Below, one piece after another: positions 46,884-57,805 of a stretch of DNA of 59,415 nucleotides (the first letter of the stretch is position 1; the number at the start of each line of letters is the position of its first letter). The position numbers and the translations under genes are program-made. The notes beneath the pieces are model-generated. The model was not told where the DNA came from, made no database searches, and saw nothing but the letters and a program-made list of their open reading frames with translations. Origin of the DNA: Clostridia bacterium (lineage in GTDB: Bacteria > Bacillota > Clostridia > TANB77 > CAG-465); NCBI GenBank assembly GCA_045536565.1, contig JAZSNU010000010.1, forward strand, positions 1 through 59,415. The letters run 5' to 3'.

Positions 46884-46920
46884 AGCCTGAGGGATTTATT
46901 GATTCCTTGGGCTTTTTCTT
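46884..46920 (+). terminator. GC-rich intrinsic terminator
   Basis: AGCCTGAGGGAT / ATTCCTTGGGCT plus T run. Confidence 0.75.
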
Positions 46921-46938
46921 GCAAAACAATATTTACCA

Positions 46939-46967
46939 TTGACAGATAGAACAAAAGTTTGTATAAT
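46939..46967 (+). promoter_or_regulatory. Consensus SigA promoter of dinB
   Basis: TTGACA-17nt-TATAAT. Confidence 0.85.
46949..46960. promoter_or_regulatory. LexA (SOS/Cheo) box
   Basis: GAAC-AAAA-GTTT within the dinB promoter spacer; matches Bacillota GAAC-N4-GTTY. Confidence 0.8.
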
Positions 46968-46987
46968 GTTTTGGTAAGGTGGTAAAG

Positions 46988-48214
46988 TTGAAAAAAAGAG
47001 TAATACTACATATAGATGTAAATAATGCTTTTTTGTCTTGGACAGCACTCGATATGTTAGAAAAAGGAAGTAAAGTGGATATTAGGAATATACCTTCTGT
47101 TATTGGTGGAGATGAACAAAATAGAAGAGGCATTGTTCTTGCAAAAAGTAATATAGCCAAAAAATATGGAATTGTAACAGGCGAAACATTATATAAAGCA
47201 AGACAAAAATGTCCTAGTGTTCAAGTTTTTGCAGGAAGTAGTCATAGATATGAAGAATTTTCAAATAAGTTATATAACTTACTTTTAGAATATACTGACA
47301 AGATAGAAAGGTTCTCGATTGATGAATGCTTTTTAGATATGACTGAATATTTAATGGGTCAAGATATATTGTTTATAGCAAATGAAATAAAAGATAGAGT
47401 AGAAAAAGAATTAAAATTTACTGTAAATATAGGAGTATCAGAAAATAAAGTGCTTGCAAAAATGGCATCAGATTTTGAAAAGCCGAATAAAATTCATACA
47501 TTGTATAGAAGCGAAATAAAGAAAAAAATGTGGCCTTTAAAAATATCAGAGCTTTTTATGCTTGGAAGAAAGAGTGTGCCTAAATTAAATAGTATTGGAA
47601 TATATACAATTGGAGATATTGCAACTGAAACAAAAGAGTTTATGAATAGAAAATTTGGTAAACACGGAATTCAAATGTGGGAATATGCAAATGGAATAGA
47701 TAAATCGGAAGTTATATATGAAAAGGTGTTGCCAAAAGGTGTTGGCCATTCTTTAACACTTCCAAAGGATACATCTAATTTAGAAGATTTAAATAAAGTG
47801 CTATTATCCTTAGTTGAAAAAACAACATATAGACTTAGGAAATATAACCTGTATGCGACAGTAGTAACAGTTCAAATAAGGACAAAAGATTTTGAAAATT
47901 TTACTCATCAAATGAAAGTTAACCCTCCTACAAATGTAACAAAAGAAATATACGATGTTTCTAAAAAATTATTAAAGGAGATATATAAAGGAAGAGAATT
48001 AAGACTGATAGGTATAAGTACAAGTGAGTTAGTGGATAAGAATACTTCTATTCAAACAAATATATTTGATATAATTGAAAACAATGATAATAAACATGAG
48101 AAGTACGCAAAGGTGGACAGCGCCTTGGATAAATTAAAAAGCAAATTTGGTGATGATATAATAAAATATGCTGGAAGAATGAATGTAGATAAAATGGGAA
48201 ATATAGCAGAATAA
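46988..48214 (+). CDS. dinB: DNA polymerase IV (Y family)
   Basis: LHIDVNNAF, SIDE, AKMASDFEKP; TTG 46988 after AAGGTGG (GTG 46979 is the alternative). Confidence 0.92.
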   Translation: MKKRVILHIDVNNAFLSWTALDMLEKGSKVDIRNIPSVIGGDEQNRRGIVLAKSNIAKKYGIVTGETLYKARQKCPSVQVFAGSSHRYEEFSNKLYNLLLEYTDKIERFSIDECFLDMTEYLMGQDILFIANEIKDRVEKELKFTVNIGVSENKVLAKMASDFEKPNKIHTLYRSEIKKKMWPLKISELFMLGRKSVPKLNSIGIYTIGDIATETKEFMNRKFGKHGIQMWEYANGIDKSEVIYEKVLPKGVGHSLTLPKDTSNLEDLNKVLLSLVEKTTYRLRKYNLYATVVTVQIRTKDFENFTHQMKVNPPTNVTKEIYDVSKKLLKEIYKGRELRLIGISTSELVDKNTSIQTNIFDIIENNDNKHEKYAKVDSALDKLKSKFGDDIIKYAGRMNVDKMGNIAE

Positions 48215-48316
48215 TTAAACAGATATATTAAATAATTTGTTATTTTATTATATATTGAATATGTGGTATACTTATATAAAATTAAAGTATAGAAATTATA
48301 TTAAAGGTGGGGTTAA

Positions 48317-48772
48317 ATGATATATTTTGACAATAATAGAATAGGCTTTGGCATAAGCGGATATGAAAGAAAACAAGAAAGGAAAAATGAAGATGATAGT
48401 TGGGCAAATATAGCCTGGGAAGTAGATAGTGATGTGGTAAAATTTGATTCAATGTTATATTATATGGAATCAAAAGAAGTAGATGAGTTAAAAGAATTGT
48501 TTGAAAAATTTATTAGTGGAAAAATGACTGATATGGTATCGTTTGTACCATTAGAACCATCATTTAAAATAAGATTTTATCCTAATGGAGATGAATATGG
48601 ACAATGGTTTGAAACTATAAATTCTACTGAGCCAGTGAAAAAGCCAAATGTTGAACTACTTATTAGCTTTATAGAGGAAGACAAAGCAATATCAGAGTTG
48701 TCTGTGTCATATATATTAGAAGATAGCGAAGTAAATAAATTTTATGATTATTTAGTACAAATAACAAAATAG
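48317..48772 (+). CDS. Hypothetical acidic protein (weak WapI-like resemblance)
   Basis: AAGGTGGGG RBS; I.GYE..D.W and F.PLEP.F.I.F pattern. Confidence 0.55.
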   Translation: MIYFDNNRIGFGISGYERKQERKNEDDSWANIAWEVDSDVVKFDSMLYYMESKEVDELKELFEKFISGKMTDMVSFVPLEPSFKIRFYPNGDEYGQWFETINSTEPVKKPNVELLISFIEEDKAISELSVSYILEDSEVNKFYDYLVQITK

Positions 48773-48836
48773 CAAAAAGAGACTATCAATAATTCTTAAT
48801 TAATGATATAATATATGCGTTTAAAGGAGAATCGCT

Positions 48837-49595
48837 TTGAATATATTAAAAGAGAATGAAAGAATAGATGATTTAAATATAAATGGGTTAAAACTAATAC
48901 AAAACACAGAATACTTTATGTTTGGGATAGATTCTGTTATTTTATCTAGTATGATAAAATCATTATCTTCTTCAAATGTTATATTAGATTTTTGCAGCGG
49001 TTCAGCAGTTATTCCTATACTTTTAACTACAAGAGTAAAGTACAATAAAATAATAGGGATCGAGCTACAAAAAGAAATGCATGATTTGGCTGTAAGAAAT
49101 GTTAAATTAAATAATTTAGATTCAGATATTGAAGTGTTAAACTGTGATATTAAAGATTACAAGAAAATAAATGAATATGTAAAAAACAAGGTAGATGTTA
49201 TAGTATGTAATCCACCATATAAAAAGATAGGTACAGGTATTGTAAATGAAAACAGTGTAAAATATATAGCAAGACATGAAGATAAATGTAATTTAGAAGA
49301 TATATTTATATCTTCTTCAAAACTATTAAAAACAAAAGGAAGGCTATATATAGTTCACAAACCAGAAAGGTTAGTTGATTTGATTTCTCTTGGAAGAAAA
49401 TACAACTTGGAGGCAAAAAATATTACAATGATGCAACCTAAAATAGATAAAAGAGCAAGTCTTTTGTTTATTGAATATGTAAAAGATGGTGGGAATGAAT
49501 GTAATGTAAATCCAGTTTTAATTCAATATGATGATACGGGAGATTATACTAAACAAATAAAAGAAATATATAGGGTGGATGAAAGTAATGAGTAG
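48837..49595 (+). CDS. tRNA1(Val) A37-N6 methyltransferase family (YabB-like)
   Basis: FGIDSVIL, LDFCSGSA, GIELQ, NPPY, ARHE; lies upstream of rsmI. Confidence 0.88.
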   Translation: MNILKENERIDDLNINGLKLIQNTEYFMFGIDSVILSSMIKSLSSSNVILDFCSGSAVIPILLTTRVKYNKIIGIELQKEMHDLAVRNVKLNNLDSDIEVLNCDIKDYKKINEYVKNKVDVIVCNPPYKKIGTGIVNENSVKYIARHEDKCNLEDIFISSSKLLKTKGRLYIVHKPERLVDLISLGRKYNLEAKNITMMQPKIDKRASLLFIEYVKDGGNECNVNPVLIQYDDTGDYTKQIKEIYRVDESNE

Positions 49596-50469
49596 AAGTA
49601 GAAAAAAAGAAAATGTCGGAAAAGATACGGTAGAAAAAGGTAAGTTATATATAGTAGGAACACCAATTGGTAATTTAAAGGATATAACAATAAGAGCATT
49701 AGATGTATTAGAAAATGTAGATATTATATTAGCAGAAGATACTAGACAAACATTAAAACTTTTAAATCACTACAATATATCTTCTAAATTAATAAGCTAT
49801 CATAAATTTAATGAAAAAGAAAAGCTAAAAGAAATAGTTGGTTTATTGCAAGAAGGAAATAGTATGGCACTTGTATCAGATGCAGGTATGCCAATATTAT
49901 CCGATCCTGGACAACCTCTTGTTATGATGCTTGTAGAAGAAAAAATAGATATAGAAGTTGTTCCTGGGCCAACAGCTCTGACTACTGCAATAGCATATTC
50001 CAATATTCCGACTGAAACTTTCGTATTTGAAGGTTTTCTTCCAATGAATTCTAGAAGAAGAAAAGAACGTTTAAATATGATAAATATGGAGCCAAGAACT
50101 ATGATATTTTATGAAGCACCACATAAGTTATTAAATACACTTAAAGATTTATATAGCAAAGTAGGCAATAGAAAAATATGTTTAGTTCGTGAACTTACTA
50201 AAATCCATGAAGAACAAAAATATACAACTATTGAAGATTTAATTAATGAAATAGAGCAAGATGGTGTAAAGGGTGAAATTGTATTTATACTTGAAGGAAA
50301 TGAGAATAAAGAGGAAAATATAAATGATACAGGTAAAACAAATTTAGAACTTGTTAAAGAGTATATATCACTTGGACTTAGTAAAAACGATGCAATAAAG
50401 AAAGTTGCAAAAGAAAGAGGGTTAACTAAAAATGAAGTATATATGGAGTGTGTAAAGGAAAATGGATAA
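49588..50469 (+). CDS. rsmI: 16S rRNA C1402 2'-O-methyltransferase
   Basis: GTPIGNL.DIT.RA, AEDTR, VSDAGMP..SDPG, FEGFLP, YEAPH, RELTKIHE. Confidence 0.95.
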   Translation: MSRSRKKENVGKDTVEKGKLYIVGTPIGNLKDITIRALDVLENVDIILAEDTRQTLKLLNHYNISSKLISYHKFNEKEKLKEIVGLLQEGNSMALVSDAGMPILSDPGQPLVMMLVEEKIDIEVVPGPTALTTAIAYSNIPTETFVFEGFLPMNSRRRKERLNMINMEPRTMIFYEAPHKLLNTLKDLYSKVGNRKICLVRELTKIHEEQKYTTIEDLINEIEQDGVKGEIVFILEGNENKEENINDTGKTNLELVKEYISLGLSKNDAIKKVAKERGLTKNEVYMECVKENG

Positions 50470-51091
50470 AAAAGAAATTGAAAGATTAGATAATATGAGA
50501 GTATATGAAAATCAAGCATATGAAAAAGGATATGAATTTATATGTGGAGTAGATGAGGCAGGAAGGGGGCCTTTATGTGGACCTGTTGTTGCAGCTGCTG
50601 TAATACTTGATAAAGATGCACATTTAGAGGGAGTTAATGATTCTAAAAAAATATCTGAGAAAAAAAGAGAAAAACTATATGATGATATAATGGAAAATGC
50701 ATTAGCAGTCGGCATTGGAATGTCAGATATAGATGTAATAGAAGAGTTAAATATATTAGGTGCTACAAAACAAGCTATGAAAGAGGCTATAAATAACTTA
50801 GCTGTAAGACCGGATTATGTTTTAATAGATGGAAATCAAGATATTAATATTGATATAGATAGACAAACTGTTGTATCAGGGGATGCTAGGTCAGAGTCAA
50901 TAGCTGCTGCCTCTATAATTGCAAAAGTAACAAGGGATAGAATGCTTAGAGAATATGATTTAGAATATCCTGAATATGGTTTTGCAAAACACAAAGGATA
51001 TGGTACAAAGGCACATATTGAAGCAATAAAAGAATATGGTCTTACACCAATACATAGACCTAGCTTTTGTAACAAGTTTGTTAGTAAATAA
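50462..51091 (+). CDS. rnhB: Ribonuclease HII
   Basis: GVDEAGRGPL, DSKK, IDGN, AAASIIAKVTRD, HKGYGT. Confidence 0.96.
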   Translation: MDKKEIERLDNMRVYENQAYEKGYEFICGVDEAGRGPLCGPVVAAAVILDKDAHLEGVNDSKKISEKKREKLYDDIMENALAVGIGMSDIDVIEELNILGATKQAMKEAINNLAVRPDYVLIDGNQDINIDIDRQTVVSGDARSESIAAASIIAKVTRDRMLREYDLEYPEYGFAKHKGYGTKAHIEAIKEYGLTPIHRPSFCNKFVSK

Positions 51092-51101
51092 AATAATATA
51101 C

Positions 51102-51144
51102 AAGGCTTAACATTTAATTATAGATTAAGTGGTTAAGTCTTTTT
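51102..51144 (+). terminator. Intrinsic terminator
   Basis: AAGGCTTAAC-ATTTAAT / ATTAAGT-G-GTTAAGTCTT plus T run. Confidence 0.6.
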
Positions 51145-51213
51145 GCATATATAACGATTGTAAATGCTATATATTTATGATTAAATGTTTATTATGTAGT
51201 TAGGGAGGTATTT

Positions 51214-51855
51214 ATGGAAGAATTAGTAAATTCTAAATTGAAGGAATATATTGAAAGTAAAATATTGCCAGAATATGAGCTAAATGATAAAGGACATAAT
51301 TTAGAGCATATAAAAATAGTATTGGAACGAGCATATGAGTTAAGTAATGGATATGATGTAGACTATAATATGCTTTATACAATAGTTTGCTTTCATGATA
51401 TAGCTTGTTATGTCGATAGAGAAAAACACGAAATATTATCTGCTGAAAGGCTATATAACGATAATGGTTTAAAAGAATTTTTTAACGAAGAAAAATTGAT
51501 AGTTATGAAAGAGGCAGTAGAAGATCATAGAGCTTCTTTAGAATATGTACCTAGAAATATATATGGTAAGATTTTATCTTCGGCAGATAGGAAGTTTGGT
51601 GTAGATAATTATCTTAAATCTTCAATGAGTTTTACAATGAAAAAACACCCGGAATTATCAAATGATGAATTAATAGAAGATTCATATCAATTTGCTATAA
51701 AGAAGTTTGGTAAAAAAGGATATGCAGTAACTAAAATGTATGTAAAAGACGAAAAGTATGAAAGCTTTTTAAATGAACTTCAATATTTAATTGAGCATAA
51801 AGAGGAGTATGTATCAAAAGCCAATAAGGTTTTAAATGAAATAAAAGAAAAATAA
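51214..51855 (+). CDS. HD-domain phosphohydrolase
   Basis: GH...H, FHDI, HE, EDHR, SADR. Confidence 0.85.
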   Translation: MEELVNSKLKEYIESKILPEYELNDKGHNLEHIKIVLERAYELSNGYDVDYNMLYTIVCFHDIACYVDREKHEILSAERLYNDNGLKEFFNEEKLIVMKEAVEDHRASLEYVPRNIYGKILSSADRKFGVDNYLKSSMSFTMKKHPELSNDELIEDSYQFAIKKFGKKGYAVTKMYVKDEKYESFLNELQYLIEHKEEYVSKANKVLNEIKEK

Positions 51856-51943
51856 TATAGATGTGTTGTAAAAAGTGTATATATATGATATAAAGGTAAT
51901 ATATAAAGTAGTGTGTTTTTATACTACGGAAAAGGTGAGGTAT

Positions 51944-54073
51944 ATGTTAAAAAAAATTAAATCTTGTATGCTAGTTATAGCATTTGCATTAATCTTTATG
52001 GTATTTACAGGATTAGAAGTTAATGCAGCAACTATTAATTCTAACGAAACATTAAAAGAATGTTTTACGGGCAAGGAAGTTATAATTGAAAAAAACACAA
52101 TAAAATTAAAGAAGGATGTATCATTTGAAAATGAAATTATCAATTTTAGTGGCGGAGAATATGAATTGGAGTTAAACGGTTATACATTATCTGCAAATGA
52201 GTTATATATTTCAGACGGGATATTAACAATATATGATGATGGATCATCAGGTAGAATAAATTCATATTTTGAAATAAATAATAACGGAAAAGTAGTTATA
52301 AATAATGGTAATTTTGGAAATATTCGTAATCATGCAAATTTAACTATAAATTATGGGAATTTTGAACAAATTATATATAATGGACCAAAAGGAAATTTAA
52401 TAATAGAAGATGGTAATTTTAATGCTGTAAATCAAGAAGGTATAGCCATGATAACAGGTGGAGTATTTAAATGTGGAGATGGTCCAGCATTGAACATATA
52501 TATAGATACTGCACAAACAACTATAACAGGTGGAATATTTGAAACAACTGATGATAGAAAAGAAATTGGAGCAATTACAATGAGTAGTTCTAATGCTATT
52601 CAAGAGGATGCTATAAAGAAATTCGTTGGTAAAAGCTCAGAAATTACTTACGACGAATTTATTTCAACAACTGACAAATACGGTGGTAATGTCGGACTAT
52701 ATAATAATGTGAAAATTGTGAAAGTACCTGAAAACTATGAAGAAAAACTTAGTAAAATAATACCAGATGGAAAAACAGTAACACTAAAATCAGTAAAACC
52801 AAATGAACCAATTGAAGTAGAGTTTTATACAGCAGGTATTTTAACTCAGCTTTTTGATGCAGAAGGATTTTCTGTATACATTGATTGCTGGCAGTCAAAT
52901 TCGATTACAGAAGGAGTTCTTACAGTAGTTGATGAAACATGGAAAGAAGGGTCGTTTAATAAGGAATACCCTGTAAAAATTGTTTATGAAGAACCAGAAA
53001 AAAATGAGTATGTAGATGCCTTTATGGGAAAACTTGAGACGTTTAATCCCGATGTTGCAGAATCGTATTATCAAGTTACTGATTTAGGCTTAATTAATTA
53101 TTATATGACTAGTAATAAATCAGAATTATGGAATGCTGGGGCATCAAGTAGAGCCTTAAAATATTCAGATGATATAATAAAATTATCAGATGGTGGAAAT
53201 ATGCAATTTATTTTAGATGTTAGAGCTGGTGAACAAGGCGATGGATTGATGTATGAAAGTGCATTTGGTGAAATGGCTGTTTTATATAAAGGATATTCAT
53301 ACGGAGTTAAAACACAAGGATTACATTTAAGAAGAGTAATATATATACCACAAGATACAGCTGACACTACAGATGCATATGTAGCAGCAGCTCAAAAAAG
53401 AATAAATGAATATTTAGGAACAAATGAGGTAACTGTAAAATATGGGGCACCACTTGATACTTTACCAAACAGGTATGAAGATGAATTAGTTGATAGAAGC
53501 ATAACAGATGGTAATTATTATAATATAACTATAAAAGGAAAAACATACAAATTCTATATAGTTAAAGGGAACGAAGAAGATTTAGCTATGCCTACATATA
53601 TAGGGAAAAATATTGAAACTGATATCACTGTTACAACTGATAAATCAGAAGTGCCACTTGATACTGAATTAAATGTTAGCTCTGTTGTAAGTGAAGATAT
53701 AAATAAGGTATTAGGAACAGACAATTATAAAGCATATGATATAAAATTGTTCTCTAATGGTAAAAATTCTGCTATTACCAAATTAGAAAATGGTAAATTC
53801 TTAGTTTCTATACCGGTTGGGGATTGGTTAAATGGTAAAGAAATTACAGCATACTATATAAATAGTAATAATGAAAAAGAAGAATATGCAACTGTAGTAA
53901 AAGATGGAATCGCTTCTTTTGAAACAGACCATTTTAGCACATATATATTAGCAGAAAAAACTAATAATAATTTGTCTAATCCAAATACATCAGATAACAT
54001 ATTGATTGTTGTAGCAATACTTATGGTATCTATGGTAGGCATTGTAGTTGGAGTAAAATCTGCTAAAATTTAG
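51944..54073 (+). CDS. Sortase-anchored surface protein (NPNTS sorting signal)
   Basis: ATG 51944 after AAGGTGAGG; signal peptide ending VNA; short I.xG.F beta-helix-like repeats; TDHFSTY; NPNTSD + TM + K. Confidence 0.8.
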   Translation: MLKKIKSCMLVIAFALIFMVFTGLEVNAATINSNETLKECFTGKEVIIEKNTIKLKKDVSFENEIINFSGGEYELELNGYTLSANELYISDGILTIYDDGSSGRINSYFEINNNGKVVINNGNFGNIRNHANLTINYGNFEQIIYNGPKGNLIIEDGNFNAVNQEGIAMITGGVFKCGDGPALNIYIDTAQTTITGGIFETTDDRKEIGAITMSSSNAIQEDAIKKFVGKSSEITYDEFISTTDKYGGNVGLYNNVKIVKVPENYEEKLSKIIPDGKTVTLKSVKPNEPIEVEFYTAGILTQLFDAEGFSVYIDCWQSNSITEGVLTVVDETWKEGSFNKEYPVKIVYEEPEKNEYVDAFMGKLETFNPDVAESYYQVTDLGLINYYMTSNKSELWNAGASSRALKYSDDIIKLSDGGNMQFILDVRAGEQGDGLMYESAFGEMAVLYKGYSYGVKTQGLHLRRVIYIPQDTADTTDAYVAAAQKRINEYLGTNEVTVKYGAPLDTLPNRYEDELVDRSITDGNYYNITIKGKTYKFYIVKGNEEDLAMPTYIGKNIETDITVTTDKSEVPLDTELNVSSVVSEDINKVLGTDNYKAYDIKLFSNGKNSAITKLENGKFLVSIPVGDWLNGKEITAYYINSNNEKEEYATVVKDGIASFETDHFSTYILAEKTNNNLSNPNTSDNILIVVAILMVSMVGIVVGVKSAKI

Positions 54074-54117
54074 CACATAAAATTACAAAATTTTTACAAA
54101 AAAATATACCAATTGTA

Positions 54118-54146
54118 TTGACTTTAAATGCAATTGGTATTATTAT
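54118..54146 (+). promoter_or_regulatory. SigA promoter of the hrcA-dnaK operon, overlapping hairpin 54106-54140
   Basis: TTGACT-17nt-TATTAT. Confidence 0.7.
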
Positions 54147-54157
54147 ATATATATGAG

Positions 54158-54184
54158 TTAGCACTCTTCTTTTTCGAGTGCTAA
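54158..54184. promoter_or_regulatory. CIRCE element (HrcA operator)
   Basis: Perfect TTAGCACTC-N9-GAGTGCTAA. Confidence 0.97.
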
Positions 54185-54202
54185 AATGTAAAGGTGATGC
54201 AT

Positions 54203-55243
54203 ATGAATTTAGATGAGAGGAAAAAGAAAATACTTGCTACGGTAGTAGAAAACTATATTGAATCTGCTGAACCTGTTGCATCAAAAACAATAGCTGAAAA
54301 ATACGAAAGAGAATTTAGTTCGGCTACAATTCGTAATGAAATGAAACAATTAGAAGAGATAGGTCTTTTAGAACAACCACATATATCTGCGGGTAGAGTT
54401 CCTTCGACTATGGGATATAGATACTATGTAGATAATATAATGAAAGACAATACTCTTACTATGGTAGATATAGATTATATAAATAATAATATAGTAAGTT
54501 ATGGAAGTGCACAAGCAACTTTGGAAAATGCTGCTAATGTAATTTCAAAAGTACTTAAATTGCCAGCACTTCTTCATATAGAGGATAAAGATGTAATTGA
54601 AAATGTAAAGATTCTTAAGGTATCTGATAAAGTTCTTTTAATAATTTTAATGTCTAAATCAGGAACAGTTAAAGATGTTATTATAAAAATAACAGATACT
54701 GTACCAGAAGATAAATTGGACGAATTAAATAAAATATTAAATCAAAACTTAAAAGGTACACCACTTGAAAATTTACCTAATATTTTAAGCTCTGCAATAA
54801 ATGAACAACTTGGTAAATTTTCGGATATATTAAACGCACTAGCGCAATCAATAAATTATGATATTAAGGAAAATGTAACTAATAATGTTAAAACTGATGT
54901 AAAATCACTTTTGGATGTGCCAGAGTTTGCAGATACAAATAAAATGAAAGAATTATTAAATATACTTGGCACAAAAGAAATTATATCTGATGTTATGAGT
55001 AAAATAAAAGAAAATGATGTATCGATTGTAATAGGAAGTGAGCATCATGATTTACTTTTAAAAGATTATAGTATAGTATCACTAGATATAGAAAATCCAG
55101 TAGCAAATACAAAACTTGCTGTACTTGGACCTAAGAGAACAGATTATTCAAAAGCAGTTGCTACATTAAAATATGTAAATAATAAATTAAAAAATATATT
55201 TAGTAAAGAAGAAAATGAGGAGGAAGATTTAGGTGGCAAATAA
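54203..55243 (+). CDS. hrcA: Heat-inducible transcription repressor
   Basis: EPVAS, SSATIRNEM, PHISAGRVPS..GYRYYV, GPKR.DY. Confidence 0.94.
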   Translation: MNLDERKKKILATVVENYIESAEPVASKTIAEKYEREFSSATIRNEMKQLEEIGLLEQPHISAGRVPSTMGYRYYVDNIMKDNTLTMVDIDYINNNIVSYGSAQATLENAANVISKVLKLPALLHIEDKDVIENVKILKVSDKVLLIILMSKSGTVKDVIIKITDTVPEDKLDELNKILNQNLKGTPLENLPNILSSAINEQLGKFSDILNALAQSINYDIKENVTNNVKTDVKSLLDVPEFADTNKMKELLNILGTKEIISDVMSKIKENDVSIVIGSEHHDLLLKDYSIVSLDIENPVANTKLAVLGPKRTDYSKAVATLKYVNNKLKNIFSKEENEEEDLGGK

Positions 55244-55811
55244 AAAAGAGCAGAATGAAAACTTGCAAGAGGAAATAAAGTTAGAAGAAAAAATAGAGGC
55301 AAATGAAGTTAATACAGAATCAAAAAAAACAAAAATCATTGATAAGGCAAGTGAATATATAGCAAAATTAAATGAAGATTTAGAGGAGCAAAAAAGACTT
55401 GCAGATGAGTATTATGATTCTTTAAAAAGAAATATGGCAGATTTTGATAATTACAAAAAAAGAATGACAAAAGAAAAAGAATCACTTCATACTATGATTG
55501 TAGCAGATATTGTAGACAATATGCTTCCAATCTTAGATAATTTCGAAAACGCTTTAATTCATGAATGTACTGATGAAAAATTCAAAACTGGAATGGAAAT
55601 GATATATAATCAAATTAAAGATGTTATATCAAAATATGGCGTAGAAGAAATAGAAAGTATAGGGAAAGAATTTGATCCAATGTTACATGAAGCAGTAATG
55701 CATATAGATGATGAAAATTTTGGAGAAAAAGAAATAACAGAAGTATTCAGAAAAGGATATAAAATAAAAGATAAAGTCATAAGACATGCAATGGTAAAAG
55801 TTGCAAATTAA
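55233..55811 (+). CDS. grpE: Nucleotide exchange factor
   Basis: ADFDNYKKR, LPILDNFE, FDP..HEA, KGY..IRHAMVKVA. Confidence 0.95.
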   Translation: MANKKEQNENLQEEIKLEEKIEANEVNTESKKTKIIDKASEYIAKLNEDLEEQKRLADEYYDSLKRNMADFDNYKKRMTKEKESLHTMIVADIVDNMLPILDNFENALIHECTDEKFKTGMEMIYNQIKDVISKYGVEEIESIGKEFDPMLHEAVMHIDDENFGEKEITEVFRKGYKIKDKVIRHAMVKVAN

Positions 55812-55898
55812 TTAAATTAGGTAACATCTTTTATATATATAAATGTATAAAAGATTACATATAATAAAAAAATGAAGTATTAATAGGAGGAATTTATT

Positions 55899-57728
55899 AT
55901 GTCAAAAGTTATAGGAATTGACTTAGGAACAACAAACTCATGCGTTGCAGTAATTGAAAACGGTGAGCCAACAGTTATCCCTAACTCTGAGGGTGCAAGA
56001 ACAACTCCATCTGTAGTTGCTTTTGCTAAAAACGGAGAAAGATTAGTAGGTCAAGTTGCAAAAAGACAAGCGGTTACTAATCATGACAGAACAGTTATAT
56101 CTATTAAAAGAGATATGGGTTCTGATAGAAAAGTTAAAATTGATGATAAGGATTATACACCACAAGAAATATCTGCTATGTTATTACAAAAATTGAAAGC
56201 AGATGCAGAAGGATATTTAGGAACATCTGTTACTCAAGCAGTTATAACTGTTCCAGCATATTTTAGTGACTCTCAAAGACAAGCAACAAAAGATGCTGGT
56301 AGAATAGCAGGACTTGAAGTGCTTAGAATTATAAACGAACCAACAGCCGCTTCCCTTGCATATGGTCTAGATAAAGATGGTGACCAAAAAATAATGGTTT
56401 ACGACTTAGGTGGAGGAACATTTGATGTATCTATACTAGATATTGGTGATGGAGTATTTGAAGTATTATCTACAGCTGGTAATAATAAACTAGGTGGAGA
56501 TGACTTCGACGATAGAATTATGGAATATTTAGTAGCAGAATTTAAGAAAGATAATGGAATAGATTTATCGCAAGATAATATGGCTATGCAAAGATTAAAA
56601 GAAGCAGCAGAAAAAGCTAAAATAGAACTTTCATCTGTTGCACAAGCACAAATCAACCTTCCATTTATAACAGCAGATTCAACTGGACCAAAACACTTAG
56701 ATATAGTTTTAACAAAAGCTAAATTTGAGGAATTAATTGGTGATTTAGTAGAATCAACAGTAGGACCTGTTAATCAAGCAATAAAAGATTCAGGACTTAC
56801 ATTTGACAAAATTGATAAAGTATTACTAGTTGGTGGATCTACAAGAATACCACTAGTACAAGAAACAGTTAAGAGAATAACTGGTAAAGAACCATATAAA
56901 GGAATTAATCCAGACGAATGCGTTGCAGTTGGTGCAGCAATTCAAGGTGGTGTACTTACAGGAGAAGTTAAAGATTTAGTACTTCTTGATGTTACACCTC
57001 TATCACTTGGTATTGAAACTTATGGTGGAGTATTTACAAAACTTATTGAAAGAAATACTACAATACCAGCTAAAAAATCACAAATATTCTCAACAGCAGC
57101 AGATGGTCAAACATCAGTAGAAGTACACGTTCTTCAAGGTGAAAGAGAAATAGCTGCATACAACAAGACTCTTGGAAGATTCAGCTTAACTGGAATACCA
57201 CCAGCACCAAGAGGCGTACCTCAAATTGTAGTATCATTTGATATAGATGCAAACGGTATTGTTCATGTATCTGCAAAAGATATGGCAACAAATAACGAAC
57301 AAAAAATAGCAATTACAGCAAGTACAAATCTTACAGAAGAAGAAATTGATAAAGCTGTTAAAGAAGCAGAAGCACACGCAGCAGAAGATAAGAAGAGAAA
57401 AGAAGAAGTTGAAGCAAGAAATAACGCTGATTCACTTGTATATAATACAGAGAAAACTTTAAAAGAATTAGAAGGTAAAATTTCTGATGAAGAAAAATCG
57501 AAAGTAGAAGTGGAAGTTGCAAATGTTAAGAAAGCATTAGAAGGAACAGATGTAGAAGCAATTAAATCTGCTAGTGAAAAATTAACACAAGTATTCTATG
57601 AAATTTCTCAAAAATTATATGCAGAAGCACAAGCAGCAGCAGGTGACCAAGCGGCAAACGGTGCAGAAGGTGCTGATAATGTTGTTCATGATGCAGACTA
57701 CAAAGTAGAAGATGACACAAAAGAATAA
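55899..57728 (+). CDS. dnaK: Hsp70 chaperone
   Basis: [39 protein letters not shown]. Confidence 0.98.
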   Translation: MSKVIGIDLGTTNSCVAVIENGEPTVIPNSEGARTTPSVVAFAKNGERLVGQVAKRQAVTNHDRTVISIKRDMGSDRKVKIDDKDYTPQEISAMLLQKLKADAEGYLGTSVTQAVITVPAYFSDSQRQATKDAGRIAGLEVLRIINEPTAASLAYGLDKDGDQKIMVYDLGGGTFDVSILDIGDGVFEVLSTAGNNKLGGDDFDDRIMEYLVAEFKKDNGIDLSQDNMAMQRLKEAAEKAKIELSSVAQAQINLPFITADSTGPKHLDIVLTKAKFEELIGDLVESTVGPVNQAIKDSGLTFDKIDKVLLVGGSTRIPLVQETVKRITGKEPYKGINPDECVAVGAAIQGGVLTGEVKDLVLLDVTPLSLGIETYGGVFTKLIERNTTIPAKKSQIFSTAADGQTSVEVHVLQGEREIAAYNKTLGRFSLTGIPPAPRGVPQIVVSFDIDANGIVHVSAKDMATNNEQKIAITASTNLTEEEIDKAVKEAEAHAAEDKKRKEEVEARNNADSLVYNTEKTLKELEGKISDEEKSKVEVEVANVKKALEGTDVEAIKSASEKLTQVFYEISQKLYAEAQAAAGDQAANGAEGADNVVHDADYKVEDDTKE

Positions 57729-57751
57729 TATAAGTATTTAGATTAATAACT

Positions 57752-57780
57752 AGGCGGGTATTATGCATATTTTCCCGCCT
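57752..57780 (+). terminator. Hairpin between dnaK and dnaJ (partial terminator or stabiliser)
   Basis: AGGCGGG / CCCGCCT stem with weak U-tract. Confidence 0.55.
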
Positions 57781-57805
57781 GATTATTAAGAAAGGATATA
57801 AATAT

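Noticed and set aside
54082-54098. Second WalR-like repeat ATTACA-N5-TTTACA upstream of hrcA
   Set aside because: Low-complexity AT sequence where chance matches are likely; the promoter is already explained by SigA plus CIRCE
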